Positions 27,824 through 41,201 of a stretch of 64,000 nucleotides of DNA are shown here, piece by piece (within the stretch, counting starts at the first letter, position 1; each line of letters opens with the position of its first letter). Below the pieces are notes generated by a model that saw only the letters and a list, made by a program, of their open reading frames with translations, ran no database searches and was not told the DNA's origin. The position numbers were made by a program, and so were the translations under genes. The stretch covers positions 320,001 to 384,000 of the forward strand of contig CAVXJS010000007.1 in assembly GCA_963762145.1 (NCBI GenBank), written 5' to 3'. The DNA is from an uncultured Candidatus Rokubacteria bacterium. GTDB lineage: Bacteria > Methylomirabilota > Methylomirabilia > Rokubacteriales > CSP1-6.

Positions 27824-28844
27824 TCCGCCGCCCCCGCTGATCCGCTACCACCCCGACCGGCCCGTCACCACGGAGTACCGCGTCGGGCTCTGCGCGTGGC
27901 AGGACAAGAGCATGGTGGCGGAGGGCTCGTTCTACCCGATCAAGAGCATGCGGGCGGAGGAGCGGCTCTGGTGGTACAGCCGCTTCTTCGACGCCGTCGA
28001 GGTCAACTCCACGTTCTACGCGCCGCTGTCCGCCCAGAACGCGGTGCTCTGGGCGAAGCGCACGCCGCCCGGCTTCCTCTTCAGCGTGAAGGCCTATGCC
28101 CTGCTCACCGGGCATCACCTGGACGCGGCCCGGCTGCCGCCGGAGCTCGCCGCCCTGCTGCCCGCTTCCGCCCGGCCCAACGAGCGGGGCCAGTTCGAGA
28201 ACGACGTCTTCGGCGAGGACGCGCTCGCGTGGACCTTCGCCGCGTTCCGCGAGGGCCTGCAGCCGCTGGCCGACGCGGGCAAGCTCGGCTACGTGCTCTT
28301 CCAGATGGCCCCGTGGGTGAAGTACGGGGATCGCGCGCTCGCGTATCTCGCCGAGCTCCCCGCCCGCCTGCCCGGGACCACGATCGCGGTGGAGTTCCGG
28401 GACGCCTCCTGGCTGCCGCGGCACACCGAGGACACGCTCGCGATGCTGCACGCGCACGGGCTGGCCTACGTCTCGGTGGACGCGCCGCGGACGCCCGCCT
28501 CGGTGGACACCACGGTCGGGCTCACCGCGCCCACCGCAGTCATCCGGCTGCACGGGCGCAACCGGGAGGGCTTCATGAAGCAGCTCCAGGGTCAGGCCCC
28601 CAGCGTGGCCGAGAAGTACGGGTACCTGTACGATCGCGCGGAGCTGGCCGGGATCGTGGCCCGCGGGCGCGCCCTGGAGGGGCAGGCCCGGCGCGTCTTC
28701 TTCAAGCTCAACAACAATGTCGGGGACGCGCCCGCCATCAACGGGGAGGACATCAAGGAGCTGCTGGGCCTCGAGACCGCGGACCGCGCGGCCGTCGAGC
28801 GGGAGTGGCGGAGCCGCCGCCGCGGCGCCCCGAGCCGCCCCTGA
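27801..28844 (+). CDS. DUF72 family protein (start uncertain)
   Basis: 'FDAVEVNSTFY', 'FSVKA', 'AVEFR..SW', 'RLHGRN', 'YLY' motifs. Confidence 0.88.
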   Translation: MRKPSQDSPPPPLIRYHPDRPVTTEYRVGLCAWQDKSMVAEGSFYPIKSMRAEERLWWYSRFFDAVEVNSTFYAPLSAQNAVLWAKRTPPGFLFSVKAYALLTGHHLDAARLPPELAALLPASARPNERGQFENDVFGEDALAWTFAAFREGLQPLADAGKLGYVLFQMAPWVKYGDRALAYLAELPARLPGTTIAVEFRDASWLPRHTEDTLAMLHAHGLAYVSVDAPRTPASVDTTVGLTAPTAVIRLHGRNREGFMKQLQGQAPSVAEKYGYLYDRAELAGIVARGRALEGQARRVFFKLNNNVGDAPAINGEDIKELLGLETADRAAVEREWRSRRRGAPSRP

Positions 28845-28860
28845 AGGCCCGGAATCCACG

Positions 28861-28869
28861 TGATAGAAT
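28861..28869 (+). promoter_or_regulatory. Extended -10 promoter
   Basis: TG-a-TAGAAT upstream of the fmdB-like gene. Confidence 0.5.
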
Positions 28870-28901
28870 GACGCATCCAAACGGGGCGGGAGGGCAGGCG
28901 C

Positions 28902-29294
28902 GTGCCGATTTACGAGTACGAGTGCCAGGGATGTCAGCGGCGGGTCAGCCTACTGATCCGCACCCTGTCCGCGGCCGAGGCGCCGCGATGTCCCCGTTGC
29001 GGCAGCGTCGCGCTGTCCCGCCTGATGTCCCGCTTCGCCACCGTCAAGTCTGAAGACGCCCGTCTCGACTCCCTCTCCGACCCTTCCAGCTTCGGCGACC
29101 TCGACGAGAACGATCCCCAGAGCGTGGCCCGATTCGTCAAGAAGATGGGTCACGAGATGGGGGAGGATCTCGGCGAGGATCTCGACGCGGCGATGGACGA
29201 GGCGATGGGCGAGGGCGGCGGGCCCGGGGATGACGATGGCGCGCTCATGGACCCGGGCGGCGGCGGGGACGACGCGGGGGAGCTGCCGGCGTGA
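28902..29294 (+). CDS. FmdB-family zinc-ribbon protein
   Basis: MPIYEYECQGC..CPRCGS..LSRLMS; acidic tail; GGAGG RBS. Confidence 0.88.
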   Translation: MPIYEYECQGCQRRVSLLIRTLSAAEAPRCPRCGSVALSRLMSRFATVKSEDARLDSLSDPSSFGDLDENDPQSVARFVKKMGHEMGEDLGEDLDAAMDEAMGEGGGPGDDDGALMDPGGGGDDAGELPA

Positions 29295-30286
29295 AGGTCG
29301 ACGCGCTGCCGGGCTTCGCGGCCCTGGACGAGGGCCGCTGGAATGCCCTGCTCGACCGCTCGCGCCTGCCCGCGCTGTTTCTCACCTGGCAGTGGCAGAC
29401 CGAGTGGAGCCGCGCCTTCGCGGCGGACCATCCCCAGCAGATCCTGACCGCGACGGATCCCGACGGCAGCCTGGTCGGAGTGCTGCCGCTCTACGAGGAC
29501 GGGCCGGGACGGCAGCGGATCATCGGCGGGGTGGACGTCTCCGACTACCTCGACCTGATCGCGGTGGCGGGACGGGAAGAGGAGGTGTGGCAGGCGCTGC
29601 TGCAGCACCGCGCCGGCCAGCCCGGGGAGTGGGACCTGCACGGCATCCGCGCCGCGTCGGCCACCGCCACCGTCCTGCCCGCGCTGGCGCCGGCCCTCGG
29701 GCTGCAGGCCACGGTGGAGCGGCAGGACCGCTGTCCGGTGCTGGCGCTGCCCAAGACCTGGGACGAGTACCTGGGCAAGCTCTCCGGCAAGGACCGGCAC
29801 GAGCTCCGCCGGAAGATGCGCCGCCTCGAGCGGGAGCTGCCCGGGGCGACGGTGCGCTCGCACGGGGACGCGGCGGGCTGGGACGAGGCCATGACGCGCT
29901 TCCTCACGCTCCACCGCCTCTCCAAGGTCGGCAAGGCGCGCTTCATGGACGAGCGCATGGAGCGCTTCTTCCGCGCCGCCACCGCGGTCCTGGCCGCCGA
30001 GGGATGGGCGCGGCTCTGGTTCCTCGAGTACGAGGGCGCGGCGGTGGCCGCGTTCATCTGCCTCGAGTACGCGGGGAGCGTCGGCCTCTACAACTCGGGC
30101 TTCGATCCGGCGCGCGCCCAGCTCGCTCCCGGCATCGTCCTCCTCGCCCACCTCATCCAGGACGCCATCGACCGCGGCATTCCCACCTTCGACTTCCTGC
30201 GCGGCGAGGAACCGTACAAGTACGGCTTCGGCCCCGCGCCGCAGGACGTCTTCAATGTTCGGATCGCGGGGCGGGTCGGCGCGTGA
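29291..30286 (+). CDS. GNAT, CelD/BcsL (Acetyltransf_6) family
   Basis: 'FLTWQW..W', 'SDYLD', 'YNSGFDP..PG', 'FDFLRGEEPYKY.FG'. Confidence 0.87.
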   Translation: MKVDALPGFAALDEGRWNALLDRSRLPALFLTWQWQTEWSRAFAADHPQQILTATDPDGSLVGVLPLYEDGPGRQRIIGGVDVSDYLDLIAVAGREEEVWQALLQHRAGQPGEWDLHGIRAASATATVLPALAPALGLQATVERQDRCPVLALPKTWDEYLGKLSGKDRHELRRKMRRLERELPGATVRSHGDAAGWDEAMTRFLTLHRLSKVGKARFMDERMERFFRAATAVLAAEGWARLWFLEYEGAAVAAFICLEYAGSVGLYNSGFDPARAQLAPGIVLLAHLIQDAIDRGIPTFDFLRGEEPYKYGFGPAPQDVFNVRIAGRVGA

Positions 30287-31529
30287 ACCTCTCGGTCGCG
30301 ATCCTCTCGGTCCACACGTGCCCGCTCGCGGCCCTGGGCGGCAAGCAGACCGGCGGCATGAACGTCTACGTGCGGCAGACCGCGCGCGAGCTGGGTCTCA
30401 TGGGCGTGCGGGTGGACGTGTTCACGCGCTCGCAGAACGCCACGATTCCCCGGATCGTCGAGCTCGGGCCGGGCGCCCGCGTGATCCATCTGCCCGCGGG
30501 GCCGGAGGCGCCGATGCCGCGCGAGGCGCTCCACGCCCATCTCGACGAGTTCGCGGCGGGGGCGGAGGCCTTCGCGCGGGAGCAGGGGCTCCGCTACGAT
30601 CTCATCCACTCGCACTACTGGCTGTCCGGCGTGGCGGGCCTGCGGCTGCGCGACCGCTGGGGCGCGCCCCTCGTGCACATGTTCCACACCCTGGGCCGCC
30701 TCAAGAACGAGGTCGCGGAGACGCCGGGCGAGCTCGAGCCCGCGCTCCGGATCGACGAGGAGACCCGGATCGTCGCGCAGGCCGATCGCATCGTGGCCGC
30801 CAACGTGGTGGAGCGGGCGCACCTGGTCTGGTACTACGGCGCGCGCAGCGAGCGGGTCGCGGTGATCCCGTGCGGGGTGGACACCGAGCTCTTCCAGCCG
30901 ATGGATCCCGCCAAGGCCCGCGATCTTCTCGAGCTGCCCCCGGATCCGCTGCTGCTCTACGTGGGACGCCTCACGCCCATCAAGGGCCTCGACACGCTGC
31001 TGGAGGCCATGGTCGCGATTCCCGAGCCCGCCGACCTGCTGGTCGTCGGCGGCGAGCACGACGAGCCCGACGGGGGACACGGCGCCGCGCTGCGGGCGCA
31101 GGTGAAGGCCCTCGGGCTGGAGCGGCGCGTCCGCTTCCTGCGCGCGCAGCCCCAGCGGCGGCTCCGCCTGTTCTACGCCGCCGCCGACGTCACCGTGATG
31201 CCGTCGCACTACGAGTCCTTCGGCATGGTGGCGCTCGAGGCCATGGCCTGCGGCAGCCCGGTGGTGGCCTCGCGCGTCGGCGGCCTGACCACCACGGTGC
31301 AGGACGGGGTGACCGGCCGTCTCGTTCCGGAGGGCGATCCGGCCGCGCTGGCCGCCGCCATCACGCCCTTGCTCGGGAGCGCGGAGGGCCGCCGGCTCGG
31401 CCAGCAGGCCACGCGCTGGGCCGCCGAGCACCGCTGGCCATGCGTGGCGGAGTCGGTCTGCCGCCTCTACTCCGAGCTGCGTCCCGCCGCGCGCGCGCAT
31501 CTCCCTCACGCCCCCTGCAGGAGCTGGCT

Positions 31530-31533
<4 letters not shown>
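30283..31533 (+). CDS. GT4 glycosyltransferase, MshA-like
   Basis: 'LSVHTCPL..GGMNVYV', 'HSHYWLSG', 'HMFHTLG..K', 'PSHYESFGMVALEAMACG'. Confidence 0.88.
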
Positions 31534-32772
<1,239 letters not shown>

Positions 32773-32821
32773 GCCGGTCATGAGCCGCACGCGGGCGACG
32801 CGCGCGGCGGCTCTCGTCGCG

Positions 32822-35275
32822 ATGCGTGACCCACGCGCGCGCGGTCATCATCGGCGGCGGCATCATCGGCTGCAGCGTCGCCTATCACCTGACCCAGCTC
32901 GGCTGGCGCGACGTGGTCCTGCTGGAGCAGGGAAGCCTCTACGGCGGGACCACGTGGCACGCCGCGGGACTGTCGGCCAGCTCCGCTCCTCCGCCAACCT
33001 CACGCGGCTGATCCGCTACAGCGCGGAGCTCTACAGCCGCCTGGAGGCGGAGACCGGCCAGGCCACGGGCTGGAAGCGCTGCGGCAGCGTGAGCGTGGCC
33101 CGCACCGCCGAGCGCATGATCCAGCTCAAGCGCAACGCCGCGCATGGCCAACGCCTACGGCGTGGAGGCCGCACGTGATCGGGCTGCGACGAGGCGGCGG
33201 CCCGCTACCCGCCGATGCGCATCGACGATCTCGTCGGCGCGGTGTGGATCCCGGGCGACGGCAAGGCCAACCCGGCCGACATGACCCAGGCCCTGGCGCG
33301 CGGGGCCCGCGCGGGCGGGGCCCGGCTGCCGGAGGGCGTCAAGGTCACCGGGGTCAACGTCGCGAACGGGCGCGGTCACCGGGGTCGAGACCTCGGCGGG
33401 CCCCATCGCGACCGAGATCCTGGTCAACTGCGCGGGCATGTGGGCGCGCGAGCTCGGGCGGCATGAGCGGCGTGCACGATCCCGCTGCACGCCTGCGAGC
33501 ACATGTACATCGTGACCCAGCCCATCGCCGGGCGTCGGCGCCGGACCTGCCGGTGATGCGCGACCCGGACGGCCACATCTACTTCAAGGAGGAGGTGGGC
33601 GGCCTCCTCATGGGCGGGTTCGATCCGTGGGCCAAGCCGTGGGGCGCCGAGGGGATCCCGGACGGCTTCAGCTTCGCGACGCTGCAGGAAGACTGGGAGA
33701 AGTTCGACATCCTGATGCGCAACGCGCTGGTGCGGCTGCCCGCGCTCGAGACCGCGGAGGTGCGCACTCCTCATGAACGGGCCCGAGTGCTTCACCCCCG
33801 ACAACTACTTCATCCTCGGCGAGGCGCCCGAGGTGCGGCGCTACTACGTGGGCGCGGGCTTCTGCTCGGGCGGCATCGCCGCCGCGGGCGGGGCGGGGAA
33901 GGCGCTCGCGGAGTGGATCGTCGAGGACCGCGCGCCGATGGATCTCTGGCCGGCCGACATCCGCCGCTTCGCGCCGTTCCACGGCGACCCGCGCTTCCTG
34001 CGCGAGCGGGTCAGCGAGATCGTCGGCGTGCACTACTTCATCGCGTTCCCGAACCGCGAGCTCACCAGCGGGCGCGGGCTGCGCCGCTCGCCGCTGCACG
34101 AGCGGCTGCGGGCGCGCCGCGCCTGCTTCGGGGCCAAGATGGGCTGGGAGCGCGCCAACTGGTTCGCGCCGCCGAGGGCGTCGAGCCGGAGGCGGAGTAC
34201 TCCTTCGGCCGCCAGAACTGGTTCCCGTACGCGGCGCGCCGAGCACCGGGCGGCCCGCGAGGCGGTGGCGGTGTTCGACCAGACCTCGTTCGCCAAGCTC
34301 CTGCTCGAGGGCGCCGGACGCGGAGGCGGTCCTGCAGCGCCTCTGCGCCAACGACGTGGCGGTGCCGCCGGGCCGGCGTGGTCTACACCGCGATGCTCAA
34401 CGAGCGCGGCGGCTTCGAGAGCGACCTGACCGTGACGCGGCTCGCCGCCGAGCGCCTACCTGCATCGTGACCGGCTCCGCGCAGGGCACGCGCGATCTCG
34501 ACTGGATCCGGCGCCACCTGCCCGCGGGCGCGCGCGCCACGCTCACCGACGTGACCGGCGCCTCCGCGGTGCTCGGCCTCATGGGCCCCCGCTCGCGCGA
34601 GCTGCTCGCGCGCGCTGACCGACGCCGATCTCGGCGCGGACGCGTTCCCGTTCCTGACCTCTCGCGAGATCGCGGTCGGCCAGGCGCCCGTGCGCGCCTC
34701 CCGGGTCACCTACGTCGGCGAGCTCGGCTGGGAGCTCTACGTGCCGGTGGAGTTCAGGCCGGCCTCGTGTACGATGCGCTGCGCGGAGGCGGGCCGGGAC
34801 CTGGGGCTGCCGACGCCGGCTACTACGCGATCGACTCCCTCCGCATGGAGAAGGCGTACCGCGCGTGGGGCCGGGAAGCTCACCATCGAGGACACGCCGT
34901 GGGAAGCGGGCCTCGGCTTCGCGGTGCGGCTCGACAAGCCCGTGCCGTTCCTCGGGCGGGAGGCGCTGCTCGAGCAGCGGGGACGGCCGCTGACCAAGCG
35001 ACTGCTGACCTTCGTGCTGGAGGACGCGGGCGCGCTGCCGTGGGGCGACGAGCCGATCCTGCGCGACGGGCGCGTGGTCGGGACGGTGACCTCGGCGGCC
35101 TTCGGCCACACGCTGGGCCGCGCGGTGGCCATGGGGTACGTCCGCGACCAGGACGGCGTCGATGACGCCTACCTGGCGGCGGCCGCTTCGAGCTGGACAT
35201 CGGGGGCGACCGGATCCCGGCGCGGGCGGGCTGGCCGCGCCCTACGATCCCCGCGCCCTGCGCGTGAAGAGCTGA
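32822..35275 (+). CDS. GcvT-family FAD-dependent oxidoreductase (dimethylglycine/sarcosine dehydrogenase-like), frameshifted
   Basis: [61 protein letters not shown] across frames. Confidence 0.88.
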
Positions 35276-35292
35276 GACGAGAGGACGAGACC

Positions 35293-36424
35293 ATGGACGC
35301 GATCCCACGACGAGCCGTTCCTCCTGACCCCGGGTCCGCTCACCACCACGCGGGCCACCAAGGAGGCGATGCTGCGCGACTGGGGCTCGCGCGACGGGGA
35401 GTTCATCGCGATGAACGCGCGGGTGCGCCGACGGCTCACCGAGCTGGTCCATGGGGATGGCAGCCATGTGTGTGTCCCGCTGCAGGGCAGCGGGACATTC
35501 ATCGTCGAGGCGATGATCGGCACGCTGGTGCCGCCGGGGGGCAAGCTGCTGGTGCTGGTCAACGGCGCCTACGGGCGACGCATGGTCCGCATGTGCGAGT
35601 ACTACCGCCGGGCCTGCGTGGTCCAGGAGACGGGGGAGGATCAGCCCGCCGATCCGACTGCCCTCGACGCGGCGCTGGCGCGCGATCCGGCCGTGACCCA
35701 CGTGGTGGTGGTGCACTGCGAGACCACCTCGGGCGTGCTGAACCCGGTCGAGGAGATCGCGGCGGTGACCGCGCGACACGATCGGCGCCTGCTGATCGAC
35801 GCGATGAGCGCCTTCGGCGCCATTCCGCTCGACGCCCGGCGCGTACCCTTCGACGCTGTGGTGGCCTCCTCCAACAAGTGTCTCGAAGGTGTCCCGGGGG
35901 TGGGCTTCGCGATCGTCCGGCGCGAGGCGCTCGAGGAAGCCCGCGGCCAGGCGCCCTCGCTGAGCCTCGACCTGCACGATCAGTGGGCGGCCATGGAGAA
36001 GAACGGGCAGTGGCGCTTCACCCCGCCCACCCACGTCCTCGCGGCGCTCGACCGCGCGCTGGACCAGCACGCGGCCGAGGGCGGAGTGGCCGGGCGGGGC
36101 GCCCGCTATCGCCGCAACTGCACGCAGCTGGTGGATGGCCTGCGCGGCATGGGCTTCGAGACGCTCCTGCCCGACCGGCTGCAGGCGCCCATCATCGTCA
36201 CGGTGCGCATGCCCGCCGACCCGAAGTTCCACTTCGAGACCTTCTATGACCGGCTGGCCCGGCGCGGCTTCGTGATCTACCCGGGCAAGCTCACGGTGGC
36301 CGACAGCTTCCGCGTCGGCTGCATCGGCGCGCTCGGGGAGCCCGAGATGCGCGGGGCGCTGCAGGCCATTCGCGAGGTCGTCGCCGAGCTCGGTGTCACC
36401 TCCTGCGCGCCGGCAGCCGGGTGA
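35293..36424 (+). CDS. phnW: 2-aminoethylphosphonate-pyruvate transaminase (N-terminal frameshift)
   Basis: LLTPG..LTT, DWGSRD, HCETTSG, SSNKC, QWRFTPPTH, IYPGK. Confidence 0.93.
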
Positions 36425-36491
36425 GGCGCAGCCGACCCTCCGGAAGAACCTTCCTATTGACTCGCCACAGCGGCGAGCACTAAGTAGACCC

Positions 36492-37397
36492 ATGCGCTGG
36501 ACGCGCGGGAACCGCAGCGAGGACCTCGAGGACCGGAGAGGGCAGTCGGCCGGCGGCGGGGGGCTGCGCATGGGCGGCGGCATCGGCCTGGGCGGCGCCG
36601 TCGTCCTGCTCGTGCTGAGCCTGGTCTTCGGCCAGAACTTCTTCGCGCTGCTCGATGGCGGGGGTGACCTCGCGCCGGGGCCGGGCGGCGGGGCTCCGAC
36701 GGGGCCGCCGCGCAAGGGCTCGCCCGCCGAGGAGCAGGCCGCCGACTTCATGTCCTTCGTGCTCGACGACGTGCAGAACACGTGGGCCCAGGAGTTCACC
36801 CGCCTCGGCCGGGACTACGAGCGGGCGAAGCTCGTGCTCTTCACCGACGCGGTCCGCTCCGGCTGCGGCGCGGCGGACGCCGCGGCCGGGCCCTTCTACT
36901 GCCCCGAGGACCGGAAGGTCTACATCGACCTGGGCTTCTACAACGACCTGAAGAACCGGTTCGGGGCCCCGGGCGACTTCGCCCAGGCCTACGTGCTGGC
37001 CCACGAGATCGGCCACCACGTCCAGCACCTTCTGGGCCTGACCGAGCAGGTCCGCGCGCAGCAGAACCGGCCCGATCGCGCCAACGCGCTGTCGGTGCGC
37101 CTCGAGCTGCAGGCCGACTGCCTGGCGGGCATCTGGGCGCACTCCACCAACGAGCGCCGGCTGCTCGAGGAAGGCGACGTCGAGGAGGCCCTGGGCGCCG
37201 CCTCCGCGGTGGGCGACGACCGCATCCAGAAGCAGGCCGGCGGCCGCGTCTCGCCCGAGACCTGGACCCACGGATCGGCCCGCCAGCGCGCGGGCTGGTT
37301 CCGGCGCGGGCTCGAGTCGGGCCGGGTGCAGGACTGCGACACGTTCCGCACCGCCCTGCCGGGTGTCGAGGAGCGGGCCCCGCTGCGCTCCCGCTGA
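36492..37397 (+). CDS. YpfJ-family neutral zinc metallopeptidase
   Basis: 'EDRR', GPFYCP, AHEIGHHVQ, ELQADC, WTHGS. Confidence 0.92.
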   Translation: MRWTRGNRSEDLEDRRGQSAGGGGLRMGGGIGLGGAVVLLVLSLVFGQNFFALLDGGGDLAPGPGGGAPTGPPRKGSPAEEQAADFMSFVLDDVQNTWAQEFTRLGRDYERAKLVLFTDAVRSGCGAADAAAGPFYCPEDRKVYIDLGFYNDLKNRFGAPGDFAQAYVLAHEIGHHVQHLLGLTEQVRAQQNRPDRANALSVRLELQADCLAGIWAHSTNERRLLEEGDVEEALGAASAVGDDRIQKQAGGRVSPETWTHGSARQRAGWFRRGLESGRVQDCDTFRTALPGVEERAPLRSR

Positions 37398-37432
37398 CCG
37401 CCTCTGGCGGTGTGGTAGACTCGCCGCCTGAT

Positions 37433-38440
37433 ATGGAGGTCCTCCTCGACGTCCGGGGTCTCCGCACCCAGTTCCACACCAAGGCGGGAGTGGTCCGCGC
37501 GGTGGACGGCGTGTCGTGGAACGTCCACAAGGGCGAGACGGTGGCCCTCGTGGGCGAGTCGGGCTGTGGCAAGTCGGTCAGCGCGCTCTCCGTGATGCGG
37601 CTCGTGTCGGCGCCCGCCGGGCGCATCGTCGAAGGCGAGATCCACTTCAAGGGGCGGAACCTCCTCGCGCTGCCGGAAGAGGAGATGCGCAAGGTGCGCG
37701 GGCGGGAGATCGGCATGATCTTCCAGGAGCCCATGACCTCGCTGAACCCGGTGCTCACCGTCGGGCGCCAGCTCACCGAGCCGCTCGAGATCCACCTCGG
37801 GATGACACGGGAGCGGGCGCAGGCGCGGGCGGTGGAGATGCTCTCGCTGGTGGGCATCACGGACGGGCCCCGCCGCCTCCGCCAGTTCCCGCACCAGTTC
37901 AGTGGGGGCATGCGCCAGCGCATCATGATCGCGATGGCCCTGGCGTGCGATCCGGCCCTGATCCTGGCCGACGAGCCGACCACCGCGCTCGACGTGACGA
38001 TCCAGGCCCAGATTCTCGAGCTCATGAAGAGCCTCTCGCGGCGGCTGGGCGTCGCGATCCTGATGATCACGCACAACCTGGGCGTGGTGGCGCGCTACGC
38101 GGACCGGGTGAACGTGATGTACGCGGGCAAGATCGTGGAGCGCGCGAGCGCGCGCGAGATCTACGCCAACCCGCGGCATCCCTACACGCTCGGGCTGCTG
38201 CGCTCGGTGCCGCGCCTGGACGAGCCGCGCCGGGCCAAGCTGCAGCCGATCCCCGGCCAGCCCCCCGACCTCTCGCGCCTGCCCGCCGGGTGCTCCTTCG
38301 CGCCCCGCTGCGCCTACGTGGTGGACCGCTGCCGCGCGGAGGTGCCGCCGCTCGACGAGATCAGCGCCGACCACGTCTCCGCCTGCTGGCTCGCCAAGGA
38401 GCTGCCAACTCTAACTCCCGCCGAAGTCGATGCCCGATAA
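37433..38440 (+). CDS. Oligopeptide/dipeptide ABC ATPase (OppD/DppD)
   Basis: [30 protein letters not shown]. Confidence 0.93.
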   Translation: MEVLLDVRGLRTQFHTKAGVVRAVDGVSWNVHKGETVALVGESGCGKSVSALSVMRLVSAPAGRIVEGEIHFKGRNLLALPEEEMRKVRGREIGMIFQEPMTSLNPVLTVGRQLTEPLEIHLGMTRERAQARAVEMLSLVGITDGPRRLRQFPHQFSGGMRQRIMIAMALACDPALILADEPTTALDVTIQAQILELMKSLSRRLGVAILMITHNLGVVARYADRVNVMYAGKIVERASAREIYANPRHPYTLGLLRSVPRLDEPRRAKLQPIPGQPPDLSRLPAGCSFAPRCAYVVDRCRAEVPPLDEISADHVSACWLAKELPTLTPAEVDAR

Positions 38441-39413
38441 CCAAGACCCGATTCTGGAAGTCCGGAATCTGGTGAAGCACTTCCAGATTGGCGGCGGCCT
38501 CTTCGGCGCCCGCGCCGCGACCGTGAAAGCGGTGGACGGCGTGAGCTTCTCGATCCGCCGGGGCGAGACGCTGGGCCTGGTCGGTGAGTCGGGCTGCGGC
38601 AAGACCACCACCGGCCGCGCCATTCTCCGGCTGGAGCCGCCCACCAGCGGCGAGGTGATCTTCGAGGGCCGGGACATGGCGAAGCTCTCGGACGCCGAGC
38701 TGCGCGGGATGCGCCGGCGGATGCAGGTCATCTTCCAGGATCCGTACAGCTCGCTCAACCCGCGGATGACGGTGGGCCAGATCATCTCGGAGCCGCTCGC
38801 GGTCCACCGCATCGTCCCGGACCGGACCGCCCGCGCCGCGCGGGTCCACGAGCTGCTCCGCCACGCGGGCCTGCTGCCCACCATGGCCCGCCGGTACCCG
38901 CACGAGCTGTCGGGGGGCCAGCGCCAGCGCGTCGGCATCGCCCGGGCGCTCGCCATGGAGCCGAGCCTGATCATCTGCGACGAGCCGGTCTCGGCGCTGG
39001 ACGTGTCCATCCAGGCCCAGATCATCAACCTGCTGGAGGAGCTCCAGACCGAATTCGGGCTGACCTACCTGTTCGTGGCCCACGACCTCTCGGTGGTGCG
39101 CCACATCTCCGACCGGGTGGCCGTGATGTATCTGGGCAAGATCGTGGAGATTACCGACCGGAAGGCGCTCTACGAGGACCCCCAGCACCCCTACACGAAG
39201 GCTCTGCTCTCGGCGGTGCCCATCCCGGACCCGGCGGTGGAGGCCCTGCGGGAGCACGTGGTCCTGGGCGGGGAGGTGCCGAGCCCGTTGAACCCGCCGT
39301 CGGGGTGCGTCTTCCACCCCCGCTGCCCGATCGCGGTGGCCGATTGCCGCCAGATCGTGCCGGAGCTGCGGGAGATCAAGCCCGGGCATCAGGCGGCCTG
39401 CATCCGGCTGTAG
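38430..39413 (+). CDS. Oligopeptide/dipeptide ABC ATPase (OppF/DppF)
   Basis: [16 protein letters not shown], '[17 protein letters not shown]'. Confidence 0.93.
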   Translation: MPDNQDPILEVRNLVKHFQIGGGLFGARAATVKAVDGVSFSIRRGETLGLVGESGCGKTTTGRAILRLEPPTSGEVIFEGRDMAKLSDAELRGMRRRMQVIFQDPYSSLNPRMTVGQIISEPLAVHRIVPDRTARAARVHELLRHAGLLPTMARRYPHELSGGQRQRVGIARALAMEPSLIICDEPVSALDVSIQAQIINLLEELQTEFGLTYLFVAHDLSVVRHISDRVAVMYLGKIVEITDRKALYEDPQHPYTKALLSAVPIPDPAVEALREHVVLGGEVPSPLNPPSGCVFHPRCPIAVADCRQIVPELREIKPGHQAACIRL

Positions 39414-39420
39414 GGCGCGC

Positions 39421-39450
39421 TTGACAGGGCAGGGCGCTGCCCGCTAAAGT
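39421..39450 (+). promoter_or_regulatory. sigma70 promoter for the peptide-binding protein
   Basis: TTGACA-N18-TAAAGT. Confidence 0.7.
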
Positions 39451-39537
39451 AGCGAAACTTAGACGGAACCAAGATCCACCCTCAAGGATTGATACCTCAA
39501 CAGGCTCGGTTTGCACATCTCATCGGGGAGGTGGCTC

Positions 39538-41143
39538 ATGCGCCATCGACACAATTGGCTGCGCGGCTCGCTCGTCGCACTCGCTCTGGTGCTGTCCAGT
39601 GGTTGGACCGGGGCGGTCGCCCAGGACAAGCCACGCTCCGGCGGAGAGCTCCTCTTCGTGGTGCCCTCGGAGCCGCCGTCCTACGACGCGCATGCCGAGG
39701 AGACCTTCGGTGTCATCCACCCGATGGCTCCGCACTACAGCACGCTCCTCAAGGTGGACCCGTTCGACAAGACGGGCACCAAGCCGGTCGGGGACCTTGC
39801 GGAATCCTGGACGATCTCCAAGGAAGGGCTGGTCTACACGTTCAAGCTGCGTCACGGGGTGAAGTTCCACGACGGCAGCGACATGACGTCGAAGGACGTG
39901 AAGGCCTCCTACGACAAGATCATCTTCCCGGCCGCGGGCGTGAAGTCGCTGCGCAAGGACGCCTACCGCTCGGTCGAGGTGGTGGAGGCGCCGGACGCCC
40001 ACACGGTCCGTTTCCGGCTGAAGTACCCCGAGTCGTCCTTCCTGCTGAACCTGGCGTCCCCCTGGAACTGGATCTACAAGGCCGACATCTTGGCCAAGGA
40101 CATCAACTGGTACGCGAAGAACGTGATGGGGACCGGCCCCTTCACCTTCGTCGAGCACGTCAAGGGCTCGCACTGGGTCGGCAAGAAGAACCCGAACTAC
40201 TGGGACAAGGGCAAGCCCTACCTCGACGGGTACCGGGCGATGTTCATGAGCTCGTCCTCCTCGCAGGTGGCTGCGATCCGGGGCGAGCGGGCGCACATCC
40301 AGTTCCGCGGCTTCAGCCCGGCCGAGCGCGAGCAGCTCGTCCAGGCGATGGGCAACAAGATCACGGTGCAGGAGAGCCCCTGGGACTGCCTGAACTTCGT
40401 CTCGATGCACCACGAGAAGAAGCCCTTCGATGACAAGCGGGTGCGGCGTGCCCTCTCGCTCGCGCTCGACCGGTACGAGGCCTCCCAGAAGCTCTCCAAG
40501 ATCACGATCGTGCGGGACGTGAGCGGGGTGCAGGTGCCCGGCACCCCGTACGCGACCCCGCCCGCGGAGCTGGAGAAGCTGGCCGGCTACGGGCGGGACA
40601 TCAACGCGGCGCGCGCCGAGGCCAAGCGCCTGCTGCGCGAGGCGGGCGTGCCCGACGGGTTCTCGTTCACGTTCAAGAACCGCGGGATCCCGCATCCCTA
40701 CGAGCCGGTGGGCATCTGGCTCGTGGACCAGTGGCGGCAGATCGGACTGAACGTCAAGATGGAGATGATCGAGGCGTCCGCGTACCACCCGATGCTCAAG
40801 CGCGGGGACTTCGAGGTCGCGATGGACTTCCAGTGCGGCTTCATCGTCGAGCCCGACCTGGACCTTCCGCGCTTCATCAGCGCCTCCGACGCGAACTACG
40901 GCAAGCACAAGGACAAGATGATCGACGAGCTGTTCGAGAAGCAGGCCCGGGCCGCCGACGTGGAGGAGCGCAAGAAGCTACATCCGCGCCTTCGAGAAGC
41001 GCCTGCTCGACGAGGAGGTGCACGTGCTCTGGACGATCCAGTGGCACCGCATCATCCCGCACAACTCGAAAGTGAAGGGCTGGACGATCACCCCCAGCCA
41101 CTACCTCAACAACCAGCTCGACACCGTCTGGCTGTCGGAATAG
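39538..41143 (+). CDS. Family 5 (OppA/DppA) substrate-binding protein, frameshift near 40980
   Basis: GGGGAGG RBS, signal peptide, 'LAESW..S..GL.YTFKLR.GVKFHDG', GTGPF; tail ..DTVWLSE* in another frame. Confidence 0.9.
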
Positions 41144-41201
41144 ACGAGGCCCCGGCGGGCCCGCGCCGGGACTCTGGCCGGCGCGGGCTCGCTCCCAGAT
41201 C

